A stretch of 63,760 nucleotides of DNA, filler included, from Octopus bimaculoides (lineage: Eukaryota): assembly GCF_001194135.2 (NCBI RefSeq). It is 10 parts of 10 records of this genome, joined end to end, with 100 filler letters (N's around TTAATTAATTAA, not from the genome) between each part and the next. Parts side by side here need not be neighbours in the genome. Positions count along the whole stretch, not along the records: positions 1 to 18,841 come from NC_068987.1; positions 18,942 to 30,106 come from NC_068998.1; 8 more parts are not named here. One strand, 5' to 3'. The position numbers were made by a program, and so were the translations under genes. This document shows positions 13,968 to 24,879 of the stretch, piece after piece. The notes under the pieces are model-generated. The model ran no database searches. It was not told where the DNA came from and saw only the letters and a list, made by a program, of their open reading frames with translations. Each line of letters begins with the position of its first letter. Positions within the stretch are counted from its first letter, which is position 1.

Positions 13968-14735
13968 GGGTGAATTCACAAAAAACAACAATAAACGAAG
14001 AAAGGTGGTGTAGAAAACAAACAGATGTATTCGTATAACGCTCGGGAATTGAAAAGGTCTTTAACGTTTCGAGCCTACGCTCTTCCACAGAAATAAACAC
14101 AGAAAAAAAACAAGGAGAGTGAAAAAATGTTTGTAGTGTTTAGCGATCTATCATGGCGAATGCCGGACAGAAGGGTCACACAGGAGACCTAAGAAGAAGG
14201 GTCACACAGGAGACCTAAGAAGAAGGGGAGATAATAAAGTTGTAGTGATCCCAAAACGAAGGTGTGCGTATGTGTAAGAGTACGTATGTGCGTGTGAAAG
14301 GGGGCTGGTGATCCTGACGTGTGCGTGTGTGTATGTGTAGGTGTGAAAATGTGGGGATGGGAATTGATCAGTGCTGGTGTGTGCGTGGTGGTGTGTTGTG
14401 ATGTGATGTGTTGTGTGGTATGGTGTAGTGTAGTGCAGTGTGATGGCATTGGTAAGTGGGGAGGCGAGTTGAGCCCATGTGGCACAAAGGGGCGAAGAGA
14501 GAAGATTAATCCCTCTTCACGGACTGGTGTTGCAAAGAGTGATCGGTAGAGCGGAAATGACGTGAGACCGGGGTGTCATTGCCAAGGCCAATGTCTCGGA
14601 GGTGTTCTGCGAACCGGTCAGCCAAGCGGCGTCCCGTTTGTCCGATGTACAGAGAATGGCAGAGAGAGCAGGAGATGCAATAGATGATATTGGTAGAAGT
14701 GCAGGTGAAGGAGTCGGTTAGGTCCACAGCTCTTC
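13968..14735 (-). mobile_element. Penelope-like element 3' part: GIY-YIG endonuclease C-terminus plus 3' region
   Basis: Minus frame FTCTSTNIIYCISCSLCHSLYIGQTGRRLADRFAEHLRDI...PVSRHF (IY..C..C...YIGQT..R..EH), then after an internal deletion LIFSL..PHGLNS. The upstream part is lost in the gap at 14736. The element ends at a (TA)n tract. Confidence 0.9.
14056..14096 (-). ncRNA. Candidate minimal type-I hammerhead ribozyme variant in the Penelope 3' region
   Basis: The minus strand reads UAUUU-CUGUGGA-A-GAG(CGUAGG)CUC-GAAAC-GUU-AAAGA: stem I UUU/AAA, stem II GAG/CUC, GAAA core and a palindromic AACGUU stem III. The core deviates from the canonical CUGANGA at A6. Confidence 0.45.
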
Positions 14736-15156
14736 NNNNNNNNNNNNNNNNNNNNNNNNNNNNNNNNNNNNNNNNNNNNNNNNNNNNNNNNNNNNNNNNN
14801 NNNNNNNNNNNNNNNNNNNNNNNNNNNNNNNNNNNNNNNNNNNNNNNNNNNNNNNNNNNNNNNNNNNNNNNNNNNNNNNNNNNNNNNNNNNNNNNNNNNN
14901 NNNNNNNNNNNNNNNNNNNNNNNNNNNNNNNNNNNNNNNNNNNNNNNNNNNNNNNNNNNNNNNNNNNNNNNNNNNNNNNNNNNNNNNNNNNNNNNNNNNN
15001 NNNNNNNNNNNNNNNNNNNNNNNNNNNNNNNNNNNNNNNNNNNNNNNNNNNNNNNNNNNNNNNNNNNNNNNNNNNNNNNNNNNNNNNNNNNNNNNNNNNN
15101 NNNNNNNNNNNNNNNNNNNNNNNNNNNNNNNNNNNNNTATATATATATATATTTAT

Positions 15157-15200
15157 ATACATGCGTGGTCTGATGAATAAGTATCCGGACTGTTGTGAAA
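15157..15200. mobile_element. Mariner-like terminal repeat fragment
   Basis: TACATGCGTGGTCTGATGAATAAGTATCCGGACT next to (TA)n resembles mariner TIRs. No partner end was found. Confidence 0.35.
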
Positions 15201-15380
15201 TACAGTCTTGGGAATTCCATATTCTTTCTCTGATATTCTATGGAATCTACCGACACGAAGGAATTCCTGAAGCAAATTCACTGCGTATACATCCATGCCG
15301 TTGTCGATATCAAGCAGCAGAATGTTGTAATCCGGCTTAAAACAACATACTACAAGAGGTGTGCCCGAATTTAGAATTGT

Positions 15381-15833
15381 AGGAGTGGCTGTGTGGTAAG
15401 TAGCTTGCTTACGAACCACATGGTTCTGGGTTCAGTCCCACTGCNNNNNNNNNNTACGAACCACATGGTTCTGGGTTCAGTCCCACTGCGTGGCACCTTG
15501 GGCAAGTGTCATCTACTATAGCCTTGGGCCGACCAAAGCCTTGTGAGTAGATTTGGTAGACGGAAACTGAAAGAAGCCCGTCGTATAAGTATATATATGT
15601 ATGTGTGTGTATAGGTTTGTGTGTCTGTGTTAGTCCCCTTAACATCGCTTGACAACCGATGGTGGTGTGTTTACGTCCCCGTAACTTAGCGGTTCGGCAA
15701 AATAAAGCGATAGAATAAATACTAGGCTTCCAAAGAATAAGTCCTGGGGTCGATATACTCGACTAAAATCGGTGTTCCATCATGGCCGCAGTCAAATGAC
15801 TGAAACAAGTAAAAGAGTAAAAGAGTATAAGAG
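15381..15833 (+). mobile_element. Bipartite CORE-like SINE copy
   Basis: Colinear with 53825-54226. Confidence 0.85.
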
Positions 15834-16524
15834 TATGTATATGTATGTATACATGCATGTATGTATGTATGTATGTATGTACGTATATTAATAGATATAA
15901 ACAAACAAGTTGTTTCATAATCTTGTTAGTTAAATAAGAAATATTACATCGACATTTGCACTTATATAAGATATGCATATAATATATATGTACAGCCATA
16001 CTTAGAAGAGTGTTGGATAATTTAACTGACAGAGTAATATATAGAACAATACATAGCAGTTCATTCAGATAAATATTAATGTATGTGCACTCGCTCAACA
16101 TCGAGACGCACGCACGCATACACGCACGCGCACACACAAACACGCACACACGCACAGTGTGTACATTGAATGTGTACTTTGAACTTTACCATATCAAACT
16201 TATCCACATGTTTAGCCGATCAGACAGACAGTAATCGGAGATTTCTGTGTTTTTTTCTCATGTAACACATACTTGAAATATCGCAAGTGTCCACAGAGTG
16301 TTTACAATTTCAATGAAGAAGAACTACGTGAGCAAGTGCTCTTATTATATCAGTTTACAAGAGTTTCATTGAAATTTGATCTCATGAATATTGCTGTATT
16401 ATGCAATAGTATATACAACAATTTATTCATGGTATCCTGTACTCAATTTATCAGAACTATGAATAAGTCTAATTTGCTGTTGATAATCGAATTAACAATA
16501 ATCTATATCCATATAAATTTTCAG

Positions 16525-17485
16525 TCCTGAGTTAGATAAAGAACATGAAACCGCTGCCACCAAACGGGCAGAGAGAAATTGAGGAGCGGTTGAGCCAGAA
16601 TCCTCTGCATGGACAGTATATACTTCCAAGCCAAAATGCTGATGTAGACCAAGCAACAACCTATCAGTGGCTGAGAAGTTGAGGACTGCAAGCAGAGACT
16701 GAAGGTTTCTTATTTGCGACACAAGATCAAAGTTTGCTTACCAAACTACCAGGCTAACGTTCTTCAAAACGTTTCTGACTCTAAATGCAGTTTCTGCGAT
16801 AAATTTGATGAAACAATAGACCATCCATTCTCGGGATGCTCTGTGTTCACACTAAACAAATACAAATATCGTTACGATAGTGTAGGACAGTATTTACATT
16901 GGAGAATATGTAAACACTACTGAATCAGCACTTTTGCATACTGATATGAATATCATCCTGAGCCAGTATTGAAGGTAAAATTGTCATTATCTTCTAAGAT
17001 TTTCCCGTCAACACCGACAGAACAATCCAGGATAATGGACCAGACATAGTCATTAAATACTGCAAGAAAATACTTGTAGATTAATAGATGTAAGTGTTCC
17101 CACTGATAAAAATATATCTGTAAAGGAATTTGACAAATTAAGTAAATATAAGGACCTGAAAATTGAAATACAAAAGATGTAGCATCTTAAAGCGAGATGT
17201 TATTGCGGGTGCTCTCGGTATGATAAGAATGGAATTTCAGAAATATCTAGATAGTATCCTAGGAGAATCATGTCTCAGAGAAAGATTTTGCTGACAACCA
17301 CTGCCCACATCCTGAGAAACCCTGTCAATTTAAATGTTGTATTACATGAAGATATTTCGCTATTGCCCCTCCCCAAGCTGTCAGTCATACTGTAACATTA
17401 CTTATCCTTCACTCGCCCTAGGACGCTGGGTGTGTCTCGGCAAGTGATTGCAACAAACATGCAGATTAAAAGTAAATAACACTAA

Positions 17486-17563
<78 letters not shown>
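16525..17563 (+). mobile_element. R4/Dong-type RLE non-LTR retrotransposon, 5'-truncated copy 1 with (TAA)n tail
   Basis: Degenerate LHGQY...QAETEGFLFATQDQSL...SKCSFCDKFDETIDH..SGC (CCHC-like knuckle)...PDIVI..LIDV.VP.DKNISVKEFDKLSKYKDL (PD..D..K endonuclease). (TAA)n runs 17483-17563. Confidence 0.85.
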
Positions 17564-18578
17564 GGTGAAATCAATGGCAGAGCAAAAAGCGTTTAGACAA
17601 TTGGCTGATAAATGAGAACAAAAACCTCTGCATGGCAAATATGTGGCCCGTAACAACCAAGCTGATGTAGGCCAGAAGCGCAGCCATCAATGGCTACGGA
17701 TCTCAAGGCTAAAGTTAGAGAGTGAAGGCTTCATCGTAGCTGCTCAAGATCAGAGCTTATTGGCCCGGAACTACCAAACCAATGTGATGAGAAATAGAGT
17801 AGACTCCAAATGCCGATACAGCAACGATGAAATTGAAACAGTGCACCACCAAATCTCTGGGTAAATGTTTTAGCACCAGTAGAATACAAATCAAGACATG
17901 ACAAAGTTGGCCAATATCTACACCGGGTAATATGTGGGCATTATAAAATCAAAACTGCTGACAAATGATACAAGCACCAGCCTGCGGCTGTAACTGTTAG
18001 AGAAAATGTGAAGATTCTTTGGGACTTTCTAGTACTTACAGAGAGGAGCATTAAAGCTAATGAACCAGATATTGTTGTAAAAGACAAAAACAATTAAGTC
18101 TGTTTATTGATTGATATGAGCATGCCTTATGATAATAATATCTCGACAAAAGAATTTGATAAGCTCATTAAATATAAAGATTTTCTAATTGAAATCGAAA
18201 AGTTGTGACGTCTCAAGATGGTTACAGTACCAGTGATTGTAGGAGCACATGGAATGAAGAAAAGAAGAACTGAAAATTATTTAAGGATAATACCTGATTT
18301 ACTATCTATGCAGGAAGTGCAAAAAGTTGTTTTAGCTGGTACATCATACCTTAGCATTGACGCTGGGAATTTTCTTTCCTTTACCCCCTTATTTTTTTTA
18401 TTTTTTCCACTTCATTCCTCAGGCATTTTCCCCTTAATTTTTCTATCGCATAACTTTGTAAAAGAGAAATCTGATGTGTTTATTTTAATGGCCTAACAAT
18501 GTATACAGTGAATTTCTTTGCCCTAGGCGTTGGGAAGACGCTCAGCAAGAAATGGAAAAATTGAAAGAAAACGTAATG

Positions 18579-18624
<46 letters not shown>

Positions 18625-18668
18625 TAATAATAATATAATGATAATAATGATAATAATAACAATAACAA
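17564..18668 (+). mobile_element. R4/Dong-type RLE non-LTR retrotransposon, 5'-truncated copy 2 (divergent subfamily) with (TAA)n tail
   Basis: KPLHGKY...LESEGFIVAAQDQSLLARNYQ...DSKCRY...EPDIVVKD...LIDMS.PYDNNISTKEFDKLIKYKD...VTVPVIVGAHGM. It starts immediately after the (TAA)n tail of copy 1 and has its own (TAA)n from about 18574 to 18668. Confidence 0.85.
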
Positions 18669-18721
18669 CGATATATAAGGATATACATAATAATATGTAA
18701 TATATAATATAATATATATAT

Positions 18722-18823
<102 letters not shown>

Positions 18824-18841
18824 TTATACATACGTATATAT

Positions 18842-18941
18842 NNNNNNNNNNNNNNNNNNNNNNNNNNNNNNNNNNNNNNNNNNNNTTAATTAATTAANNN
18901 NNNNNNNNNNNNNNNNNNNNNNNNNNNNNNNNNNNNNNNNN
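18842..18941. other. Artificial assembly spacer 44N-TTAATTAATTAA-44N (also starting at 30107, 41431, 46881, 49491, 52300, 57129, 59376 and 62201)
   Basis: Identical 100-nt structure nine times. The palindromic 12-mer has a stop codon in all six frames. Confidence 0.97.
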
Positions 18942-20789
18942 TATTTCAAGTAAAAAGTTTCTTATTATTCACTTTTCTAGAAGTAATAGCTTGTCCTATA
19001 CTTTTACAGGTGTAATAACTTGTCCTGTACATTTCCAGGTTTATAATCTTAAGAATACGACTTTTCATGCTTGCATTTTTTCATGTAATCCATGATTTTT
19101 CCAGGCATTGCTGTTATAAGATAATTAATAATGTGTCAATAATTTAAGATTTTACCTTATAAAATACTGAAATATTTCAATTTTTCCATGTAAGTGATGA
19201 TAATATTTCAATTTTTTTGTGTTTAATTTAAATATATGTGGTGATTGAATTATTTGATATTACTCATCCACACCAAATTAATGGCAGGGATTTTTACCAT
19301 GATGTTTGTTGCACCATGGCTCACCAAAAGTTACAAACAACAAGACCCCCAAATCATCAGTTATCAGGCTCACCTTAAGTAACCTAATTTTGCAATATTA
19401 GGTCACAGGAATTCATTCAACGAAAAAATAATTTCCAATGATTCTGGGATTGGGCCCCGCCCCCAATTTTTTCCGAACCAAAACAATGGATTTGCAGCAT
19501 ATTAGGAGGTCAGGGTACTTGATTCCATGCCAAAAAAAATCAAATTTTTTTTCTTAGTGAAAATCATGTGGGTGTTAATATAGAAATTGACCATAATGTT
19601 GTTATTTAGCCTCAAATAAATCCTGATACTGCAAACGTATCATCAAAGACATTCCAGCCTTCAGCAAACAATCTTTTTAGGGATAATTTAGGACATTACA
19701 TACAATGGGCGTGTGATTTAGGTAGGGGGATACTTTGGCTGCTATTTTTACCATGTCGAGTGACCAGGTAGAGACTCTTTCATTGGTTCGATTGCGTGAC
19801 GAGACTTTTTCTTACACATGTATGTAATATGTATATATATCATCGGCAGAAGTAAGTCAAAAGATGAGAGCTTTGTGTATTGGCACTTATCAAACACAAA
19901 TTTGTCCATTGTCACTCTGTAACTTCTGACGAAAATACAAAATTTTTGTCAAAAACGTTAAGAGCAAACACTGTACAATGTGACACATTCTACTAGTACT
20001 GGAAGTTTGAAAGTGTTTAGTTAAAAAAATTTAATTAAATAATCTGTATGTCTAACTAAATAGATCCGAAATGGACGAAAAGCAAATTCAACCTCAGTGA
20101 AATTTGAACTCAGAACGTAAAGACAGAAGAAATATCATTAAGCATTTCGCCCGGCGCGCTAACGTTTCTGCCAGCTTGCCGACTTAGAATGTAAACATTC
20201 ATTTTAGAAATATATTCTTTATTCTTATTGCTTAAGCATTACTCCCTTACTTCCTTACATGAAATTTTGTAATATTTTACCTCAGAACTCTTTATCTACT
20301 AATTTTTTTCAATGCAACTAGCTATTCTGAATTCCGCATGCATTTTTCTATCATTTAAGCCTAAGAAAGGTATACTTTTAATTTAAAATTAAAAAACTTA
20401 TGTTAATTGAAGATGAATATTTGCCTTACTGCCCCCCACCCCACCCTTGAAGTCGCAGATATTTTGATGAAACTTTTTTTCTACTGAACCAAATCTCAAA
20501 CTATTTATGCCAAAGTGTAACTGAGGAGGTGTCCTCTTTAAAACTACTAATGGTGGACTTAAGAATATATTCAACCATGGTAGTGGTTGAATGATACATA
20601 CACATCATCATCCTCATCATATAATGTCCACCTTCTATGCTGGCATGGGTCAGATGGTTTGACATGGAGCTGGCTAGCAGGGAACTGTCTAGATTCCAAC
20701 AGTTTGTTGTGGCATGGCTTCTATGGTTGGATACCCTTCCTAATGCCAACCACTTATCACACTCATCAATATATATACACACACTCACT

Positions 20790-21200
20790 CATCAATCTAG
20801 TGGGCACACAAGCCAGATTGACTTAGTTCTCACCAGAAACTTGGACAGGCAAATATTCAGGAATGCAAAGTCCTTCGCAGGTGAAGAATGTACAAGTCAA
20901 AACAGGTTAGTGGTTAATGACTTCAGACTTAGGGCTAGAAGGATCCAGGGGCATGATATAGAAAATGAAGTTACAGAGGTTCAAATGAGCAGAGATTTAG
21001 AGATGTTATTAATGAAGCCTTTCATGAGAAAGAGGAAGAGACACTGAGGAATAAAGCTGCTATGCGTCACTGGATGTACAATGTCAGCGTATATGTACAA
21101 TGGAGTGCCAGTGTATTGAGAGAGAAGTTGGGCATAAGAGGTAGTGTGCAAGGAAGAAGACTGCGCTGGTTTCCTCAGGAGTCTATAATGCGCACAATTT
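20790..21200 (+). mobile_element. Internally deleted RTE LINE (endonuclease end joined to C-terminus)
   Basis: SGHTSQIDLVLTRNLDRQIFRNAKSFAGEECTSQNRLVVNDFRL (APE C-end), then MRHWMYNVSV...SVLREKLGIRGSVQGRRLRWF. Confidence 0.7.
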
Positions 21201-21224
21201 GCATATAGAATTTGCTTATCTAAA

Positions 21225-21445
21225 TGCAAGTCTATACAGGGATGATGACCTTATAGTCACCCACAATATGAACAAGCATGAAGTCAATGCCTTAGGAAGA
21301 ATCTTATATTTTTCCAAAGAATGGGCTTAAAAATTGCAGTTGACACAAGTCTTAGTACTGTTAACATTTTAGGTATCAATCTAGATTTGAAATCAACACC
21401 TTCAAACTTTATTGCAAGCCTAATGAAAGGCTGTTGTATAAAGTG
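21225..21445 (+). mobile_element. Penelope-like RT fragment
   Basis: SLYRDDDLIV (YRDD motif)...QRMGLKIAVDTSLSTVNILGINLDLKS / TFKLYCKPNERLLY, typical of the PLE RT motif 5 to thumb region. Confidence 0.65.
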
Positions 21446-21696
21446 CCTCAATGTCGCTAGTGGGACAAACCCCAAAAGGACTCATAGAACTAGAAGTAGG
21501 AAGTGGTTAAATTATTGTAGTCACTGTTGTGAGTTCATGGATTCAATTCCTAGATTAGGTGATGCATTATGTTCTTCAACAAAACCCTTTATCTTTGTTG
21601 TTCTGTAATCACTTTACTATCTGATACGTTGCACAACATGCACCTGTACAAGCAAATTGCAGAACTGCTTTTCTCAGATTGAGACACTACCGTCAA

Positions 21697-21730
<34 letters not shown>

Positions 21731-21901
21731 CTACACTCTCTGAGTGGTTGGCGTTAGGAAGGGCATTCAGCTGTAGAAACTCTGCCAAATTAGATTGGAG
21801 CCTGGTGTAGCCATCCGGTTGCACCAGACCTCAGTCAAATCGTCCAACCCATGCTAACATGGAAAGCGGACGTGAAACGATGATGATGATGATGATGATG
21901 A
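21731..21901 (+). mobile_element. 5'-truncated copy of the (GAT)n-tailed retroposon
   Basis: Colinear with 23008-23173. Confidence 0.8.
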
Positions 21902-21926
21902 TATATATATATATATATATATATAT

Positions 21927-22292
21927 TCTTTTACTTGTTTCATTTATTTGACTGCAGTCATGCTGGGACACCGCCTTGAAGGATTTTATTCAAATGAATC
22001 AACACCAGGATTTCTCTTTTTAAGCTTAGTACTTATTTTATCTGTCTCTTTTGCTGAACCACTCATGGATGAAAACACAACAACACTAGGTATCAAGTGG
22101 TGATGGCGGGAACAAACACAGACATATGACAGGCCTCTTTCAGTTTCCATCTACCAAATCCACTCACAATGCTTTGGTCAGCCTGAGGCTGTAGTAGAAG
22201 ACACTTGCTTAAGGTGCCATGCAGTAGGACTGAACAAGGAACCATGTCGTTGGGAAACAAGCTTCTTACCACAGAGCCACACCTGCACCTAT
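21927..22292 (-). mobile_element. Bipartite CORE-like SINE copy, CpG-decayed
   Basis: Reverse complement of the 53825 family with many CG-to-TG/CA changes. Confidence 0.8.
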
Positions 22293-22587
22293 AAAGTTCT
22301 CCACCTGTAGGGACAGACAGACATGAATGTGTTGCCATGGTTGGAGGTATTGAATTGCAGCTAATTTGGAGTACTATCTTTTATGGTTTAGTCCATAAAT
22401 CTCCGAAGTACTTCCATTGTTAGTTACGTTATTGATTTCTAAGTGTCAAAATTCGAAATTATGGAGTATACACAAGCATAAACATGCAGTCCCTTCCATT
22501 ATATGAAAACTCACCTCCATAACACTACTACAATAGTATCCTAAAAGCTGTTTCTCTGCTACTCAGCTTAGACAAATTTATAAAAGA

Positions 22588-22620
22588 CTAGCCTAAGTAC
22601 CCGGTGTTGCTTGAAGTTTA
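22588..22620 (-). mobile_element. Helitron-like 3' end (CTAG|T)
   Basis: The minus strand reads GCAACACCGGGTACTTAGGCTAG followed by T, similar to the canonical gcaacgccggg...CTAG|t terminus. Confidence 0.45.
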
Positions 22621-22744
22621 AAGAATGTTAAAGGAAATAAATAAGTTTATTTTGATAAAAAATATATTTTCAGAAAAATTCTATCAAATGATGTGAGTAT
22701 AAACAGTTATTAAAACAAATCCTGAAATCAATCAATTGTGCTCG

Positions 22745-23173
22745 TGGCATGTGTAAGGATTTTCGAGCGAGATCGTTGCCAGTGCCCCTGGACTGGCTCT
22801 TGTGAGGGTGGCACATAAAATACACCATTTTGAGCATGGCCGTTGCCAGTACCGCCTGACTGGCCTTCGTAGGATTTTCGAGTGAGATCGTTGCCAGTGC
22901 CCCTGGACTGGCTCTTGTGCAGGTGGCACACAAAACACACCATTTAGAGCATGGCCGTTGCTAGTACCGCCTGACTGGCCTTCGTGCGGGTGACACGTAA
23001 AAGCACCCTCTACACTCTGAGTGGTTGGCGTTAGGAAGAGCGTCCAGCTGTAGAAACTCTGCCAAATCAGATCAGAGGCTCGTGTTGCCATCCGGTTTCA
23101 CCAGTCCTCAGTCAAATCGTCCAGCCCATGCTAGCATGGAAAGCGGACGTTAAACGATGATGATGATGATGAT
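22745..23173 (+). mobile_element. Retroposon with (GAT)n tail, including a 115-bp tandem duplication (SINE or RTE 3' end)
   Basis: 22756-22870 and 22871-22985 are direct repeats. The 3' part ggttggcgttaggaag...cagtcaaatcgtcc...aaacgatgatgat recurs at 21731-21901 and 29513-29668, and inverted at 20590-20760 and 27535-27685. Confidence 0.75.
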
Positions 23174-23649
23174 AAGTGGCACTCACTCTCTCTCATACGC
23201 ACATTATCTTTCCTATACATATACATACAGAAATACATATGCATACATCTTTTTTGTATGTATGTGTGCATGTGCATGAGAGAAAGAGCGGGTGCACCTT
23301 ACACATACATAACACGCATTCACTCTCTCACATACACACATCCATCTTTCACTTTCTCCCCTCACTTCAAAGCAAATGTTGGCTAATCATTTTCTCCTCT
23401 CTTTCAATTTCTGCTCTCGAGGTAACAAAAGAATACCATGGAGGGTGAGTAATAGGAGGGTTAATGGGGATAGTTGGGAGAGGGGAGATTGGAAGGGTAA
23501 GAGGAGAGGTCTCTCAACCCCGCTCGCCTTTACCCAGTGGTATACTTGAGAAGGGTATAGAAGGGGGAGCAACTCCCTCCTTTTGCCGGCTAGTATGTAA
23601 TGTTAGTTATCAGTATACAATATTTTCTAATCTCCATCCAAATATAATT

Positions 23650-23920
23650 ACTCACATCTGATTTAAAATAGAAATATCCAGTGTTAATAAGTCAAATTGC
23701 TCCAAGAATATTAAAAATAGGTAATGTGAGTTATCAGCACATAATATTTTCCAAGAATAAATACATCAGATTTAGATGTAAAATATCAAGTATTAATAAG
23801 GCGAGTTGTTTAAAAAATATCCAAAATATGTATTGGAAGTTTATCAAAATATAACATGTTCTAATTCCTATCCAAGTAGAAATAGTCACATCAGATTTAA
23901 ATATGAAATATCAAGTGTAT
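23650..23920. repeat. Degenerate AT-rich tandem repeat, about 110-125-bp period
   Basis: cacatc(t/a)gattta...aaatatc(c/a)agt anchor at about 23654, 23763 and 23887. Confidence 0.55.
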
Positions 23921-24879
23921 TCTAGCTAATTTTATTAGGTTCATTCGCTGAAAAATTATTTGAATAACTAATGTTGATATCTCTAACTTATGTCATGAGA
24001 ATATCGAATTTTAAAATAAAGTTTATAATATAAATTGAAACATATCCTACAGTGTATATTGCGTAAAGGACCGAATGAATGAATGACTTCAGGTGTGCAT
24101 CCGCATGAAAACCTTTCATTATTTAGAAACCTTACTGTTTCTTTTTCTTCTGAAAATTACATATGTTGTGTGTAACACTGAATTTTAAGATTTACATTAC
24201 AGTTACAGGGGTTGCAGGGGCTTAGCACCAGCCCTGCTGTAAACAAATTTATGGTTTAGGTTTAGTTAGGATTAGTAGTTAGTAAATATGGTGTTATTGT
24301 AAATATTTACTAAATTTTTATCCAGTCACAATTATGTTTATCAGTAACCAACTTTTGTGTGAAAGTGTTGGTGTGAATGCATGTACGACAGGACCGCACA
24401 CGGAAATTTTGTTTACAAAATTACTTATACATACCTTGCTGTCAATTCATCCCAACGTTTTCGGTAATAACATATTCTCTCTTCTAATTAAATATTAAGA
24501 AAAAGAAGGAATGCCACCCACTCTTTTGCAAGACAGATTAGTTTTGGCGGTAAGGACTAAACCCCTTGTTTCATTATCACAATTAAAAAGCATTTATCTT
24601 TACTCTAAAAAACAAAAAGAGGGGGNNNNNNNNNNGGGGGGGGGTCGTAGATGTATGACAAAAATTTATTCAATATTATGTTTGCTTCTATCAAAATCGT
24701 TTACCTTTAAAGCGAGAAAACAAGACTAACATATACAACAGGTATGTAAAACATTTCTGTTTACTTTCTCTGTTCATTCACATAAGCTGTAGAAATTGTC
24801 GAACGCGTGTACACTCACACACAGAAAATTTCCAGACATTTAGCTGTTATTTGTAGCAGTTCGTTTTGAGTGTTAGACA

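Noticed and set aside
14170-14221. 26-bp direct repeat containing a GGTC/GACC mini-hairpin
   Set aside because: It is a simple tandem duplication inside the Penelope 3' region with no independent support.
15410-15489. Exact 35-bp duplication flanking a 10-N gap
   Set aside because: This is typical of an unmerged contig overlap (assembly artefact).
20490-20541. Possible Kolobok/piggyBac-type end (reverse complement TTAA-AGAGGACACC)
   Set aside because: No partner end or coding remnant was found.
22507-22540. Micro-exon-like cttttag|26 nt|gtgagt (GYYCSSVME); similar cassettes near 26410, 27090 and 28030
   Set aside because: They do not match PRMT3 sequence or phase, and such signals arise by chance in AT-rich DNA.
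22756-22985. CRISPR-like regular palindromic repeats
   Set aside because: The spacers are duplicated, the context is a eukaryotic retroposon, and no cas genes are present.
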